The translations under genes and the position numbers were made by a program. Shown here one piece after another: positions 41,425-53,789 of a stretch of 64,000 bases of DNA (positions are counted from its first letter, which is position 1; each line of letters begins with the position of its first letter). The stretch comes from Okamejei kenojei (lineage: Eukaryota), in assembly GCA_035221665.1 (NCBI GenBank), contig CM069147.1, positions 20,398,001 to 20,462,000 of the forward strand. Reading direction: 5' to 3'. The notes under the pieces are model-generated. The model was not told where the DNA came from, made no database searches, and worked only from the letters and a program-made list of their open reading frames with translations.

Positions 41425-42639
41425 GGAAAAGCTGCAGGGAGGTATGTCATCTTGTCATCTCCGCCTCGTTTGGTCTGTGAAAGAAATGCAATATTGCCTG
41501 TTAGTACATTGTCCAGTGATCAAGGAAAGCAATCAATTTTTCAACACAATTGGAATGTAGTCAACAATTATAATTTCCAAATTGCAGATAACGTGTAAGA
41601 GTTTATGTTCATATTATTTATCCAGTCTTCTGCGGATCCTTTCATGGTCCAACACAACAAATTCGTGGTAACACAAATATCCATTAAAAATATTCCCATT
41701 TTATTCTCTCTGCATTGCCATCAACACTTCGCTCACTCCTAGATTATACCACTTGCCTAAACATGGGGCATTTTAAATCTCTAATTAGCCTACCACCCCT
41801 CACGTGATTCGGGATGTGCAAAGTATTCGGAGCACCTCAGGAAACCTGCGAGGACGCACCAAATAACGTTCAACCTTCACACTGACAGCACCGAAAGCCA
41901 GGATTTGTTTTACCTTGTGTATAGACAAGGAGAAGCCATAATATCTCTGTCACTGTGTGATCTTCGTAGATAAAATGGAAACACTGTCAAGAGTCAAGAG
42001 TGCTTCTCATATGTCCCAGATAGAACTAAGATATTCTTAGCTGCAGCAGCACAACAGAATAAGTAAACATAGTACTCTTTAAATAATATAGTAAACCTCT
42101 CTGAGGTCCTGTGCCATCCTGTCACCTGTCCCCTTTGAGGTGGATTTCCTAAATGCAGATTTCACTCTGTTCCTCCTGTCATTGTCTGAATTTCTCATAT
42201 TTCCTGGCACTGAATATGACCGCTGGGTGTAAAAACCTGTTGCCGGTTACCTTGTCTGTTTCTTAATTTTGCATTTATATTGGACAGCATTCTACGTTAA
42301 AATCCGAGAACAAAGATAAAGGTAAATTTGCAGTGGGATGTATCGTGCAGCTGAATTTGTTGTCTGCTCTATCTGGTTTCATGCCACAATTCAAAATTCG
42401 TCATTACGCGCTTTTCCGTAGTCGTACAAGATCAAAATTTTGTTCACGTAACTTCATAATCAACAAAAATAAATCCCTTTAACCTGATGTTTACTTGGAA
42501 TGCATTTCGTGCAAACACTCTGCCTTTACCTCGACATGAACAACATGCTCTTCGTTGCATCGATATTTGGTTTTTTTTTTCCTCTCACTCAAGTTTAGTG
42601 TTGCTAGGCAGAGGCAGCTTCACTTGACGTTTCCCGAAC
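41425..42639 (-). pseudogene. Orphaned, decayed ITIM exons of copy B (42530-42639 and ~41425-41474)
   Basis: Homologous to A cyt2/cyt3; TAC->TAG by 1-nt deletion, Tyr->His, 2-nt deletion after the LTY-equivalent, last exon truncated. Confidence 0.88.
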
Positions 42640-42643
42640 ATAT

Positions 42644-45600
42644 TGTAGTGGCCATTTGGGCTTGTTTTGTGTGTCATTAATGATGGCATGTGTCTTTAAA
42701 TTTTAGACTGCCAGTTATATTGTGGATGGGATTTATGACGTATTTTAGGGCGTGTTTGGAGCTGGGTTTCTTGCGCAGAAGCTTAGTTTTTAGTTTAGTT
42801 TTGGACCAGCATGGGGGAGGAGGCATATGCTTTGACCATGTGAAGTGTAACGGAGACACGAGGTGTTTTCTAACCTTTAAAGCAATATGCTGGAGTTCGA
42901 TGAAGATTATAGTGTGTGAGACGGAAGAAGCTGGGATGTACCTTATTGTTTTTAATCAACAATAAATATTCTATTGATCAAAAGACTGTGTTGTGAAGAT
43001 GTATCTGTGAAGAAGCTCTGAAGGTCTCTGACGGAGAGCGCGCATGAGTATAACATTCTCCTTAATTATAGAAACATAGAAACATAGAAATTAGGTGCAG
43101 GAGCAGGCCATTCGGCCCTTCGAGCCTGCACCGCCATTCAATATGATCATGGCTATTCATCCACCTCAGTATCCTGTACCTGCCTTCTCTCCATACCCCC
43201 TGATCCCTTCAGCCACAAGGGCCACATCCAACTCCCTCTTAAATATGGCCAACGAACTGGCCTCAACTACCTTCTGTGGCAGAGAATTCCACAGATTCAC
43301 GACTCTCTCTGTGAAAAACGATTTTCTCATCTCGGTCCTAAAAGACTTCCCCATTATCCTTAAACTGTGACCCCTTGTCCTGGACTTCCCCAACATCGGG
43401 AACAATCTTCCTGCATCTAGCCTGTCCAACCCCTTAAGAATTTTGTAAGTCTCTATGAGATCACCCCTCAATCAGCGAGTACAAGCCAAGTCTATCCATA
43501 TGTTCTTCATATGGAAGTCGAGCCATCCCAGAAATCAGTCTGGTGAACCTTCTCTGTACTCCCTCTATGGCAAGAATGTCTTTCCTCAGGTTAGGAGACC
43601 AAAACTGTACGCAATACTCCAGGTGTGGCCTCACCAAGACCCTGTACAACTGCAGTAGAACCTCCCTGGTCTTGTACTCAAATCCTTTTGTGATGAATGC
43701 CAACATACCATTTGCTTTCTTCACAGCCTGCTGCACCTGCATGCCTACTTTCAATGACTGGTGTACCATGACACCCAGGTCTCGCTGTATCTCCCCTTTT
43801 CCTAATCGGTCACCATTCAAATAATAGTCTACCTTCCTATTTTTGCCACCAAAGTGGATAACCTCACATTTATCCACATTATACTGCATCTGCCATGCAT
43901 TTGCCCACTCACCCAGTCTATCCAAGTCATCCTGCAGCCTCCTAGCATCCTCCTCACAGCTAACACTGCCCCCAGCTTCGTGTCATCCGCAAACTTCGAG
44001 ATGTTGCATTTAATTCCCTCGTCCAAATCATGAATGTATATTGTAAATAGCTGGGGTCCCAGCACTGAGCCTTGCGGCACCCCACTAGTCACTGTCTGCC
44101 ATCCTGAAAAGGACCTGTTCACTCCTACTCTTTGCTTCCTGTCTGCCAGCCAGTTCTCTATCCACATCAATACTGAACCACCAATACCGTGTGCTTTAAG
44201 TTTGTTTACCAACCTCTTGTGTGGGTCCTTGTCGAAAGCCTTCTGAAAGTCCAGATACAACACATCCACTGCTTCTCCCTTATCCACTCTACTAGTTACA
44301 TCCTCAAAAAATTCAATAAGATCCGTCACACATGATTTACCCTTGGTAAATCCATGCTGACTTTGTCCAATGATTTCACCACTTTCCAAATGCGCTGCTA
44401 TCCCATCTTTAATAATTGACTCTAGCAGTTTCCCCACTACCGATGTTAGACTAACTGGTCTGTAATTCCCCGTTTTCTCTCTCCCTCCCTTTCTAAAAAG
44501 TGGGGTTACATTATCTACCCTCCAATCCTCAGGAACTATTCCAGAATCTAAAGAGTTTTGAAAAATTATCACTAAGGCATCTGCTATTTCTGGGGCTACT
44601 TCCTTAAGTACCCTGGGATGCAGCCTATCTGGCCCTGGGGATTTATCAGCCTTTAATCCATTCAATTTACATAACACCACTTTCTGGCTAACCTGGATTT
44701 CACTCATTTCCTCCATCTCATTTGACCCGCGATCCCCTGCTATTTCCGCCAAATTATTTATGTCTTCCTTAGTGAAGACAGAACCAAAGTAGTTATTCAA
44801 TTGGCATGCCATGTCCTTGTTCCCCATGATCAATTCACCCGTTTCTGACTGCAAGGGACCTACATTTGTTTTAACTAATCTTTTGCGCTTTACATATCGA
44901 TAAAAACCTTTGCAGTCAGTTTTTATGTTTCCTGCCAGTTTTCTTTCATACTCCATTTTCCCTTTCCTAATTAAGCCCTTTGTCCTCCTCTGTTGGTCTC
45001 TGAATTTCTCCCAGTCCTCTTGTAGGCTGCTTTTTCTGGCTAGTTTGTACGCTTCATCTTTTTCTTTGATACTATCCCTGATTTCCTCGTTATCCACGGA
45101 TGCGCCACCTTCCCTGATTTATTCTTTTGCCATACTGGGATGAACAATTGTTGTAGTTCATCCATGCAGTCTTTAAATTCCTTCCATTGCATATCCACCG
45201 TCAACCCTTCAAGAATCAATTGCAGTCGATCTTGGCCAATTCACTTCACATACCCTCAAAGTTACCTTTCTTTAAATTCAGGACCCGTGTTTCTGAATTA
45301 GCAATGTCACTCTCCATCCTAATGAAGAACTCAACCATATTATGGTCACTCTTGCCCAAGGGGCCACGTACAACAAGGCTGCTAACTAACCCTTCCTCAT
45401 TACTCAATATCCAGTCTAGAATAGCCTGCTCTCTCGTTGGTTTCTCCACATGCTGGTTTAGAAAAACTATCCCACATACATTCCAAGAAATACTCTTCCT
45501 CAGCACCCCTGCCAATTTGATTCACCCAATCTATATGTAGATTGAAGTCACCCATTATAACGGTTTTACCTTTGTTGCACGCATTTCTAATTTCCTGTTT

Positions 45601-47345
45601 GATGCCATCCCCAACTCCACTACTACTATTAGGAGGCCTGTACACAACTCCCACTAGCGTTTTCTGCCCCTTGGTGTTTCGCAGCTCCACCCATATCGAT
45701 TCCACATCCTCCAAGCTAATGTAATTCCTTTATATTGCATTAATCTCCGCTCTAACCAGCAACGCTACCCCACCTCCTTTTCCTCTCTGTCTATCCTTCC
45801 TGAATATTGAATATCCCTGGATGTTCAGCTCCCAGCCTTGGTCCCTCTGGAGCCATGTCTCCGTGATCCCAACTATATCATAATTATTAATAGCTATCTG
45901 CACATTCAACTCATCCACCTTATTACGAATGCTCCTTGCATTGAGACACAAAGCCTTCAGGCTTGTTTTTACAACACTCTTGGCCCTTTTACAATGATGT
46001 TGAAAAGTGGCTCTTTTAGATTTTTGCCCTGGATTTGTTTTCCTGCCACTTTTCACCTTGCTACCTATTGCTCCTATCCTCATTTTACACCCCTCTGTCT
46101 CTCTGCTCACACATTAAGAAACCCTCCACTTCTTATTCTCCGTTTGTTATTTATTTCTTCTTTCCTCCCTACGTGTTGCATCTGGCTGCTTCTCTTCTCT
46201 GCCTCCTGCCTCACAAACAGACTACTTGCCTTCTCTATTTGAGTCCCTCCCCCCAACCGATCTAGTTTAAAGTCTTCCCAGTAGCCTTTGCAAATCTCCC
46301 CGCCAGGATATTGGTTCCCCTCGGGTTCAAGTGCAACCCATCCTTTTTGTACAGGTCGCACCTTCCCCAAAAGAGGTCCCAATGATCAGGAAACTTGAAT
46401 CTCTGCGCTCTGCACCAGTCCTTTAGCCATGCATTGATCCTCCACCTTGCTCCATTCCTACTCTCACTGTCGCGTGGTACAGGCAGTAATCCCGAGATTG
46501 TAACCTTTGCGGTCCTTCTCCTTAACACTCTTCCTAACTCCCTAAATTCTCCTTTCAGGACCTCCTCTCTTTTTCTACCTATGTCATTGGTACCTATATG
46601 TACCACGACCTCTGGCTCTTCTCCCTCCCATTTCAAGATATCTTGGACACGTTCAGTCACATCCCGGATCCTGCCACCAGGGAGGCAAACTACCATCTGG
46701 GTCTCCTGACTGCGTCCACAGAATCGCCTATCTGACCCCCTAACTATAGAGTCCCCTATTACTGCTGACCTCCTCTTCTTTTCCTTACCCTTCTGAGCAA
46801 CAGGGCCGGTCATTGTACCGGAGGCCCGGTTGCTGTTGCTACCCCCAGGTAGGCTGTGCCCCCCAACAGTACTCAAACAGGAGTACTTATTGCCAAGGTG
46901 TACAGCCATCGGGGTACTCTCTAGTCCCTGCCTCTGCCCCATGCCTCTCCTAACCGTGACCCACTTTTCTGCCTCCTGTGGTTTTGGAGTGACCACCTGT
47001 CTGTAGCTCCTCTCTCTGACTTCTTCACTCTCCCTGACCAGACGGAGGTCATCGAGATGCTGCTCCAGGTACCGAATACGGTCCATTTGGAGCGCCATCT
47101 TGACGCACCTGGCGCAGATGTGGACGTCTGGAGAGCTATCTGACTGCATGACCTCCCACATCTGACATCCAGAACAGTAGACTGCCCTGGCACTCATCCT
47201 CCCCCTTACCCTGGATACAATACAATATACAATACAATACAAAGCAAGGATTTTAGCTGATTATGTAGATTATGTAAGGATTATGTAGTCCATTTAGCGG
47301 CTAGAGGGAGTAATCTCTTGAACGATATAAAAACCTGCCGCTACA
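42644..47345 (+). mobile_element. Solo LTR (~0.5 kb excluding the nested CR1) inserted in the copy B splice acceptor
   Basis: TGTAGTGG...CCGCTACA termini, AATAAA at 42961, TSD catat (42639-42643) / cctat (47346-47350) matching the single cctat in A (19738-19742). Confidence 0.8.
43068..47245 (-). mobile_element. Near full-length CR1 LINE nested in the solo LTR (open ORF1 with SGNH esterase; ORF2 frameshifted)
   Basis: ORF1 46262-47242 GDSIVR/HIGTND/DGLHL; APE motifs NARS, ETW, GDFN, SDH; RT FADD; (TTTCTATG)n tail. Confidence 0.95.
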
Positions 47346-50300
47346 CCTATTAGAAAGTGATACTCAACACAGTTAGCAGAGGGTCTGATGTAGTTCTTTA
47401 AAGAGTGAGTCTGAAACATAAACATACAGAATGATTGCAAAAAAGGGGCACGATACCATTTGAACTGCATTCAATTACATTTCTCAAAATGTCATTCCCG
47501 AGAGGATTCAAAGTGCCAGTGTTCAACTTGTTTATTAATATTGTAGCTTGCGATTAATTTGAAAAATCTCTCTTCCAAATGCGATCCATTTCTCACTTCC
47601 CGCCACCTTATTCCGTCTCCGTTATCGCCGTTTCCGGCTTCCCCATAGATTTCATCAGCGATAGCAGGGCCCTCTGTATATCCCCGGCAACCTGGCTAAT
47701 TTGAGGACTTGCTAGTGGGACGAGTTTGTCGTCTGCCCTTATGCACTTACATGTACTTTCATTCTTAGGTCGCAATTTATTGTAGCGAAGTAACCGAGCA
47801 ATCCGCATCACTTTGGGGTACAAGGGGAGTAGAGCATCCGGCGGACAAGCACACAAGAATAAGCTGCAAATCACACATTCTTGGAGATTAGGATTGAACC
47901 CGATCAGGACGGAACTGTGAGTGCACCCCTTCCAATTTTAGAGGCGACAGGCAAAATGGTTTCCTTCTGCGCTGCAATGTTCTAAAATTATATGGAATTA
48001 AACTGATATATTCTCTGCTGATCGTATAATTTCTGTACTCGTCCATCCCTCTTGCAAACAAGAACAATAGCTTCACCTACCGGTTGTACGCTATGACACG
48101 CTTCCACGGAGTTTGCATTAATTCCTACATGGAAAAAAAAGAAATCTCGAATAACATTTTAATGTCAGGAAAATGTAAGTTACGCATTAGATTATAATCA
48201 CATCTACTGCCTATGGACCCTTGAAGGCAGGCGACAATCCCGTATACTATCGGATTACCACCGCCACAATGTAATGTGTTGTTCATTATACCTTCATATA
48301 TACAATCCACGTTAGATCTGCACAACCGGAGGAAGCGAGGGTCTAAACCAAATAACTCATGCTTCAAATTTTGACGTTAAAGCTAATCAACACGCTATTA
48401 ATATAGATGTTTGAAAAACACACACTCGATGGATGATTGAATAATTCGAAAGGGCAGGGGAAATAATTGTAGTTTAACTTACAACTAATAACTAGTATTG
48501 CTTTGGCTTCTTGTTTCAATGATTCTCAGAATGCACCAACCGCTTTTCTATCAACGGTTGTATGAAATAGAAAATGATGCAAGGTTCTTACCTCGTTGTG
48601 CCTTTAATGCGAATCTTGTCAAAATTATAAGCAGAACTACAAATGATAGTCCGCCCACGACCCATCGGATAATTAGAGTTTTGTCCGTGGTTTCTGGATA
48701 TGGCGAAAAATGAGAACAGTGAAACATACATACACACACAGGGACCGGGAGATAAGAAGGCAGAGCAACCGTTCAATATTTTCTGTACAAATAATTTATG
48801 ACTGCCCCATGGCACGCATTGTACGGTAATGGCGAATTTATAGAACAGATCACATTATACGGTGGCTCTTTGCAGAGGTTTGGTTATTAAGTTGAGATGA
48901 CTGTTCAATTTCATGTTTACAAAACTACGCCCGGTAGTTTGACAACAGTTTAAAAAGTCAGAATGCATTCTATATTCTGGATCTGCCACCGCAGGTTCCA
49001 GTAAATATGAAAAGGAACTGGATTTTTGTGTTTGCACAACTATCGAATTGTATTAGAAAATAGACACAAAAGTGCTGGAGTAATTCAGCGGGACATGCAA
49101 CAACTCTAGAGAGAGGAATGGGAGACGTTTCTGATCGAGACCCTTGTTCAGATTGTATTTCTCGGCAGGCTGGAATCTGCGTTAAATGCCTCCCGGCTTA
49201 CCTTGCTCGACAATGTAGCTGAAACTGGCAGGGACTGTAAGAGTTACGTGTGATACCAGGCAGGTGTAAACAGTTTTGCCTGGAGCAGGCTGCGTATCGC
49301 GCAAAAAACTGGAAGCCTCGTAAAGTCCATCCGCTGTTCTGTTTCTCACGGTTTCAATGCCGGTCAAAATTTCCACGTAGTTTCTTTGCCAGATGACTTT
49401 TAATTCCTCCGGATAAAACGCAGCCGTTTTACACACGAGTTGCGGCACACTTCCTTCAATAGCGACAATTGTCAATGGAGTTGGGGGAGCTGGAACAAAA
49501 AAAAGCGTGAAAAAATATATTTTATTTCAATGAACATAATTGTCGCTGCCTCATGTTATCCATGTGGTTGTTTATTGAGTTTATACTTTTGTTAAAAATT
49601 ATTTTATGGATGTTATCATGGTAAGTAGTGCAATTGAAACAAAGCACGAACTGCTGCCTCGCGGGGTTCGCGCGATTATTAAGAAATAATGTGACACGGG
49701 TATTGCTTGGTAAGATTCCGTGACAGTACTTTGGTGAATTCAAAATCACGCGTTTCTTCTGAACATTTGCTCTTTCTTATCTGCAGATGGTAGTTACAGA
49801 AAATGGACTGCACTGAATGGCAGAAGTACATCGGCGATTTTCTCGAAAAGCACGCAAGGATGAACCGAGCAAACTCTGTTTCTCATTCCATATATGTTAT
49901 TAACAAGACATTAACGAGCATGGTTCCATTTGTGCTGGAGCCACTGTCAGTAATATTTAGCGAGCGGGAGAGTTAATTGTACTTTATTTTGTCAATGCAT
50001 TGCGTAATCTCATTAATGTCGTTTGTGTTTAAGCATTTTTACTTTCCTTAATTGATGTAATAACATCTTAGTGTACTATTATTATTAATTAATAAAGCGA
50101 TATCACCCTTTACTCCCTGTGCCATATAAATGATTACCAAGCAAACCTTTATTCCATACGATGATATAACCGTGGATCTATTTTAAATAAGAAGTAATAT
50201 CGGAGAATTGCAGTTGTAGTTCCTTTTTTTCTTTTTTCATTCCACGAACTTTCCTGGAGACTGTGAAAGTGTAAACAAAATTATCCACCTCAAAACTGTG

Positions 50301-51279
50301 AGATCCATTTCTCCTCCGCTTTTAGTTGATGGGAAAGTTTGTCGGGTGGAAAATTTTGGAACTTTCTGGAAATTCAGAGTAACGTGAATTTGGATGGGCA
50401 TTTGAAAAGCTGGAGGTCAAAATATAATTGGACCTGCCAATTTACAAGAGCCACAACCATGGTAATGTCACTATGCCTTTGTAAGATAACCCGGAGTAAT
50501 AAAAAAACAAAACTATAACAGAACTCTCGCTGCACGTATATTGACCGACGGATAGAATATTTTTCAGTTTGTTCCCTTTATTTCAGATTTCCATCTCGGA
50601 AGTAACCATTAAAATTATAGAACTAGATAAGATTAATATTTCCTCCACCAGCAAGCTTTAGTTACATTGCAACAGATGAACATATCCCACTACCCGTAAC
50701 AAAGAGACTTACTTAACACAATTAGCTGGGAGCCAGTTCCATTACCGATAATGTGCAGTTGGTGTTTCACTCGACAGTAATATATCCCGGCGTCTGCGAC
50801 ACTCACATTCAGCAAAGTAAATGTACTGCTTCCCTTGTCTACTTTGAATTGTTTTCTGTCGTCCGGTTCCATAAATGTCTTCTCGCCCTCTCTCCACCAA
50901 GAAACGTCAGCGGTTTCTTTTAATATTGGAAATTTGCAGAACATGGACACATGGCTGCCCCTTGAGGCCCTCAGGAATGCGGGGAATTGTTCCACTTTGC
51001 TCGAAGTTGCTTTTGTCAGAGGCAGAAATAAGTAAATATGATGAAAACAGTTGCACATACAGCACCAAGAAAAAGAGCCAATGGATACACAAATACAAAA
51101 CAATTAGGAAATAATGGTTAGCCAATTGCAGAAACGTTGTAAATGTAATTTGCTGTGGCATACTAGTGTAAAATATTGACAAATATGATTTGCTTAGCGA
51201 AATCGGTTCAGAAACGAAGCATACCTTGACAAACCAAAGCAAGAAGACCCATGTACCGAACCATTGCTTTCACCGGCAT
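47341..51279 (-). CDS. Receptor copy B: activating-type VJ-C1-TM(Arg) IgSF receptor with short Tyr-free tail, ~263 aa
   Basis: Exons 51225-51279, 50713-51009, 49202-49489, 48592-48693, 48081-48124, 47341-47346 (GTG TAG); total 792 nt, all phases consistent. Confidence 0.87.
48081..48124 (-). CDS. Copy B cytoplasmic exon 1
   Basis: GINANSVEACHSVQP, phase 1-0. Confidence 0.8.
48592..48693 (-). CDS. Copy B TM exon with Arg
   Basis: ETTDKTLIIRWVVGGLSFVVLLIILTRFALKAQR; CGA at 48667-48665. Confidence 0.9.
49202..49489 (-). CDS. Copy B Ig C1-set exon
   Basis: Same C1 motifs as A; 9 nt shorter, in frame. Confidence 0.93.
50713..51009 (-). CDS. Copy B Ig V-set exon with J-like motif
   Basis: 297 nt, phase 1-1; DAGIYYCRVKHQLHIIGNGTGSQLIVL. 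Confidence 0.93.
51225..51279 (-). CDS. Copy B leader exon
   Basis: MPVKAMVRYMGLLALVCQ|gtatgc, phase 1; the start Met is uncertain. Confidence 0.7.
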
Positions 51280-51769
51280 ACTGCAAAAGAGAAGGGTTTG
51301 CATAAGAAATAGGTTTTCATAGAATGCCTGAAGCGTGTGACTCCGACGCCGTAAATCACATGACTAAGGCAACGTGATGCATTTTGAGTATATTTTTTGT
51401 TTCAGCGAGTATGATCTAGCAAATATGTTTTCTTCGATTTCTTCCGCCAAAATGATTTCTCTCCCAGCCATTGTTGGTGCACCGCGTTTGGACAACACGT
51501 ATTTAAATCAATTTACCTGTACCTCGTTCTCAAATTGAGACTTTGTCCTACGGGAGCATATAGATACAAGGGCAGTCAAATATTCAGCCTCGTATATTTC
51601 GTGCTTACGATCACAGATTATCCCACCTTTAATGCAGAAGGGTGTGATGACCTTTGACTTAGTCACGCTGCGAATTTATTACATTGCAGCCAAAAACCCC
51701 AAGCCCCAACTGCAGCATTTAAATGAGATACATTATAGCCAAGTGATGTGTTGATAAGGATTTGATCAT

Positions 51770-51783
51770 CCACTAGATGGCAG
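51770..51783 (+). promoter_or_regulatory. CTCF-consensus site upstream of copy B
   Basis: CCACTAGATGGCAG. Confidence 0.5.
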
Positions 51784-51967
51784 TTCGACGGCGTACCACT
51801 GAGAGTTTTCGCTATTGATTCGGATCATCTAATTCCTCGCGCAAGGAATTTAGAAAGGGAAACCCATAGTCAGTTTGATTACATTATTTTTCGCTTACAA
51901 TATATTGCGCATTCCTCTGTTACCTTTCTCCGTGGTACCATAAGTGACTATAAGCAAAAATGTTATA

Positions 51968-52016
51968 ATGAGGGAATTGAATGCAACATCTCCAGGTTTG
52001 CGGATGACACGAAGCT

Positions 52017-52087
<71 letters not shown>

Positions 52088-52987
52088 TTAGCTATGAGGA
52101 GGATGCTAGGAGGCTGCAAGGTGACTTGGATAGTTTGGGTGAGTGGGCAAATGCATGGCAGATGCAGTATAATGTGGATAAATGTGAGGTTATCCACTTT
52201 GGCGGCAAAAACAGGAAAGTAGACTATTATCTGAATGGTGGCCGATTAGGAAAGGGGTAGATGCAACGAGACCTGGGTGTCATGGTACACCAGTAATTGA
52301 AAGTAGGCATGCAGGTGCAGCAGGCAGAGAAGAAAGAGAATGGTATGTTGGCATTCGTAGCAAAAGGATTTGAGTACAAGAGCAGGGAGGTTCTACTGCA
52401 GTTGTACAGGGTCTTGGTGAGGCCACAGCTGGAGTATTGCGTACAGTTTTGGTCTCCAAATCTGAGGAAAGACATTCTTGCCATAGAGGGAGTACAGAGA
52501 AGGTTCACCAGAATGATATCTGGGATGGCAGGAATTTCATATGAAGAAAGACTGGATAGACTCGGCTTGTACTCGCTGGAATTTAGGATATTGAGGGGGG
52601 ATCTTATACAGACTTACAAAATTCTTAAGGGGGTTGGACAGGCTAGATGCAGGAATTTTGTTCCCGATGTTGGGGAACTCCAGAACAAGGGTTACAGTTT
52701 AAGGATAAGGGGGAAGTCTTTTAGGACCGAGATGAGAAGATCATTTTTCACACAGAGAGTGGCGAGTCTATGGAATTCTCTGCCAGAGAAGGTAGTTGAG
52801 GCCAGTTAATTGGCTATATTTAAGAGGTAGTTAGATGTGACCCTTGAGGCGAAAGGGATCAGGCGGTATGGAGAGAAGGCAGGTACAGGATACTGAGTTG
52901 GATGATCAGCCATGATCATGTTGATTGGCAGTGCAGGCTCGAAGGGCCGAATGGCCTACTCCTGCACCTATTTTCTATGATTCAATG
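51968..52987 (+). mobile_element. 5'-truncated CR1 specific to the copy B upstream region
   Basis: FADDTK to 3' tail; empty site in A near 24380. Confidence 0.9.
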
Positions 52988-53659
52988 AACATCTTTCCAT
53001 TGTTAAAATTCAGGAATTAACTAGCCTCTTGCTCGCAAGTTTAATCTGTTACCTTCGCAGATATTTGCAACAGCTACTTTCGCGCAAAGGTATTCAAGGG
53101 CCAAATGTGCATTACAAAACCCGATTACTGAAGAGAAGGGGACCAGATCGGCACAAGACTAACGTTAATTCAACAAACAAAAGATGATGCGAGTTTATTA
53201 AAGTAAAAGGTTGGATTGTTAGAAATAGAATCAATTATCAAAAAAAAGCGAAAATACGTCCAAGACCACAAACAAGAGACAAAAAATAGAATTCTTTACA
53301 GTATGAATGTTAACTTAAAATTGTTGCATTCTTGGAGAGTTGAGCACTTGACAACTTGTGATGCCTAATTTAAAAAGACCAGCATGAGCAAGGTATATAG
53401 TCCATGGACTTTGTTCCCGATCAATGCAAGTTGCGATGTAACTTTTTAAACGTTATAATTGTTCAAGCATCATCTTTGCAAATGTGTTTCCTTTTAGTTA
53501 TTTCAGGTTCACATTTTCAATACACAAATAATAGTTATTATGGTAGGATGAATAACAAAACATGAATCAAAAAAGGTGACTTCTGTGAAGAAACATAAGA
53601 TGCTCATATGTACAAACGTAAGAAGTTTAAATAAGGGGAGGGGGAGGGGAGAAGAGGGG

Positions 53660-53789
53660 NNNNNNNNNNNNNNNNNNNNNNNNNNNNNNNNNNNNNNNNN
53701 NNNNNNNNNNNNNNNNNNNNNNNNNNNNNNNNNNNNNNNNNNNNNNNNNNNNNNNNNNNNNNNNNNNNNNNNNNNNNNNNNNNNNNNNN
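53660..53789. other. Assembly gap
   Basis: N run within a GA-rich tract (the equivalent tract in A is ~25050-25140). Confidence 1.

Noticed and set aside
52017-52082. 66-nt poly-G run and Gly/Pro ORFs
   Set aside because: Sits where the other CR1 copies have G5-6; probably a sequencing artefact or simple expansion
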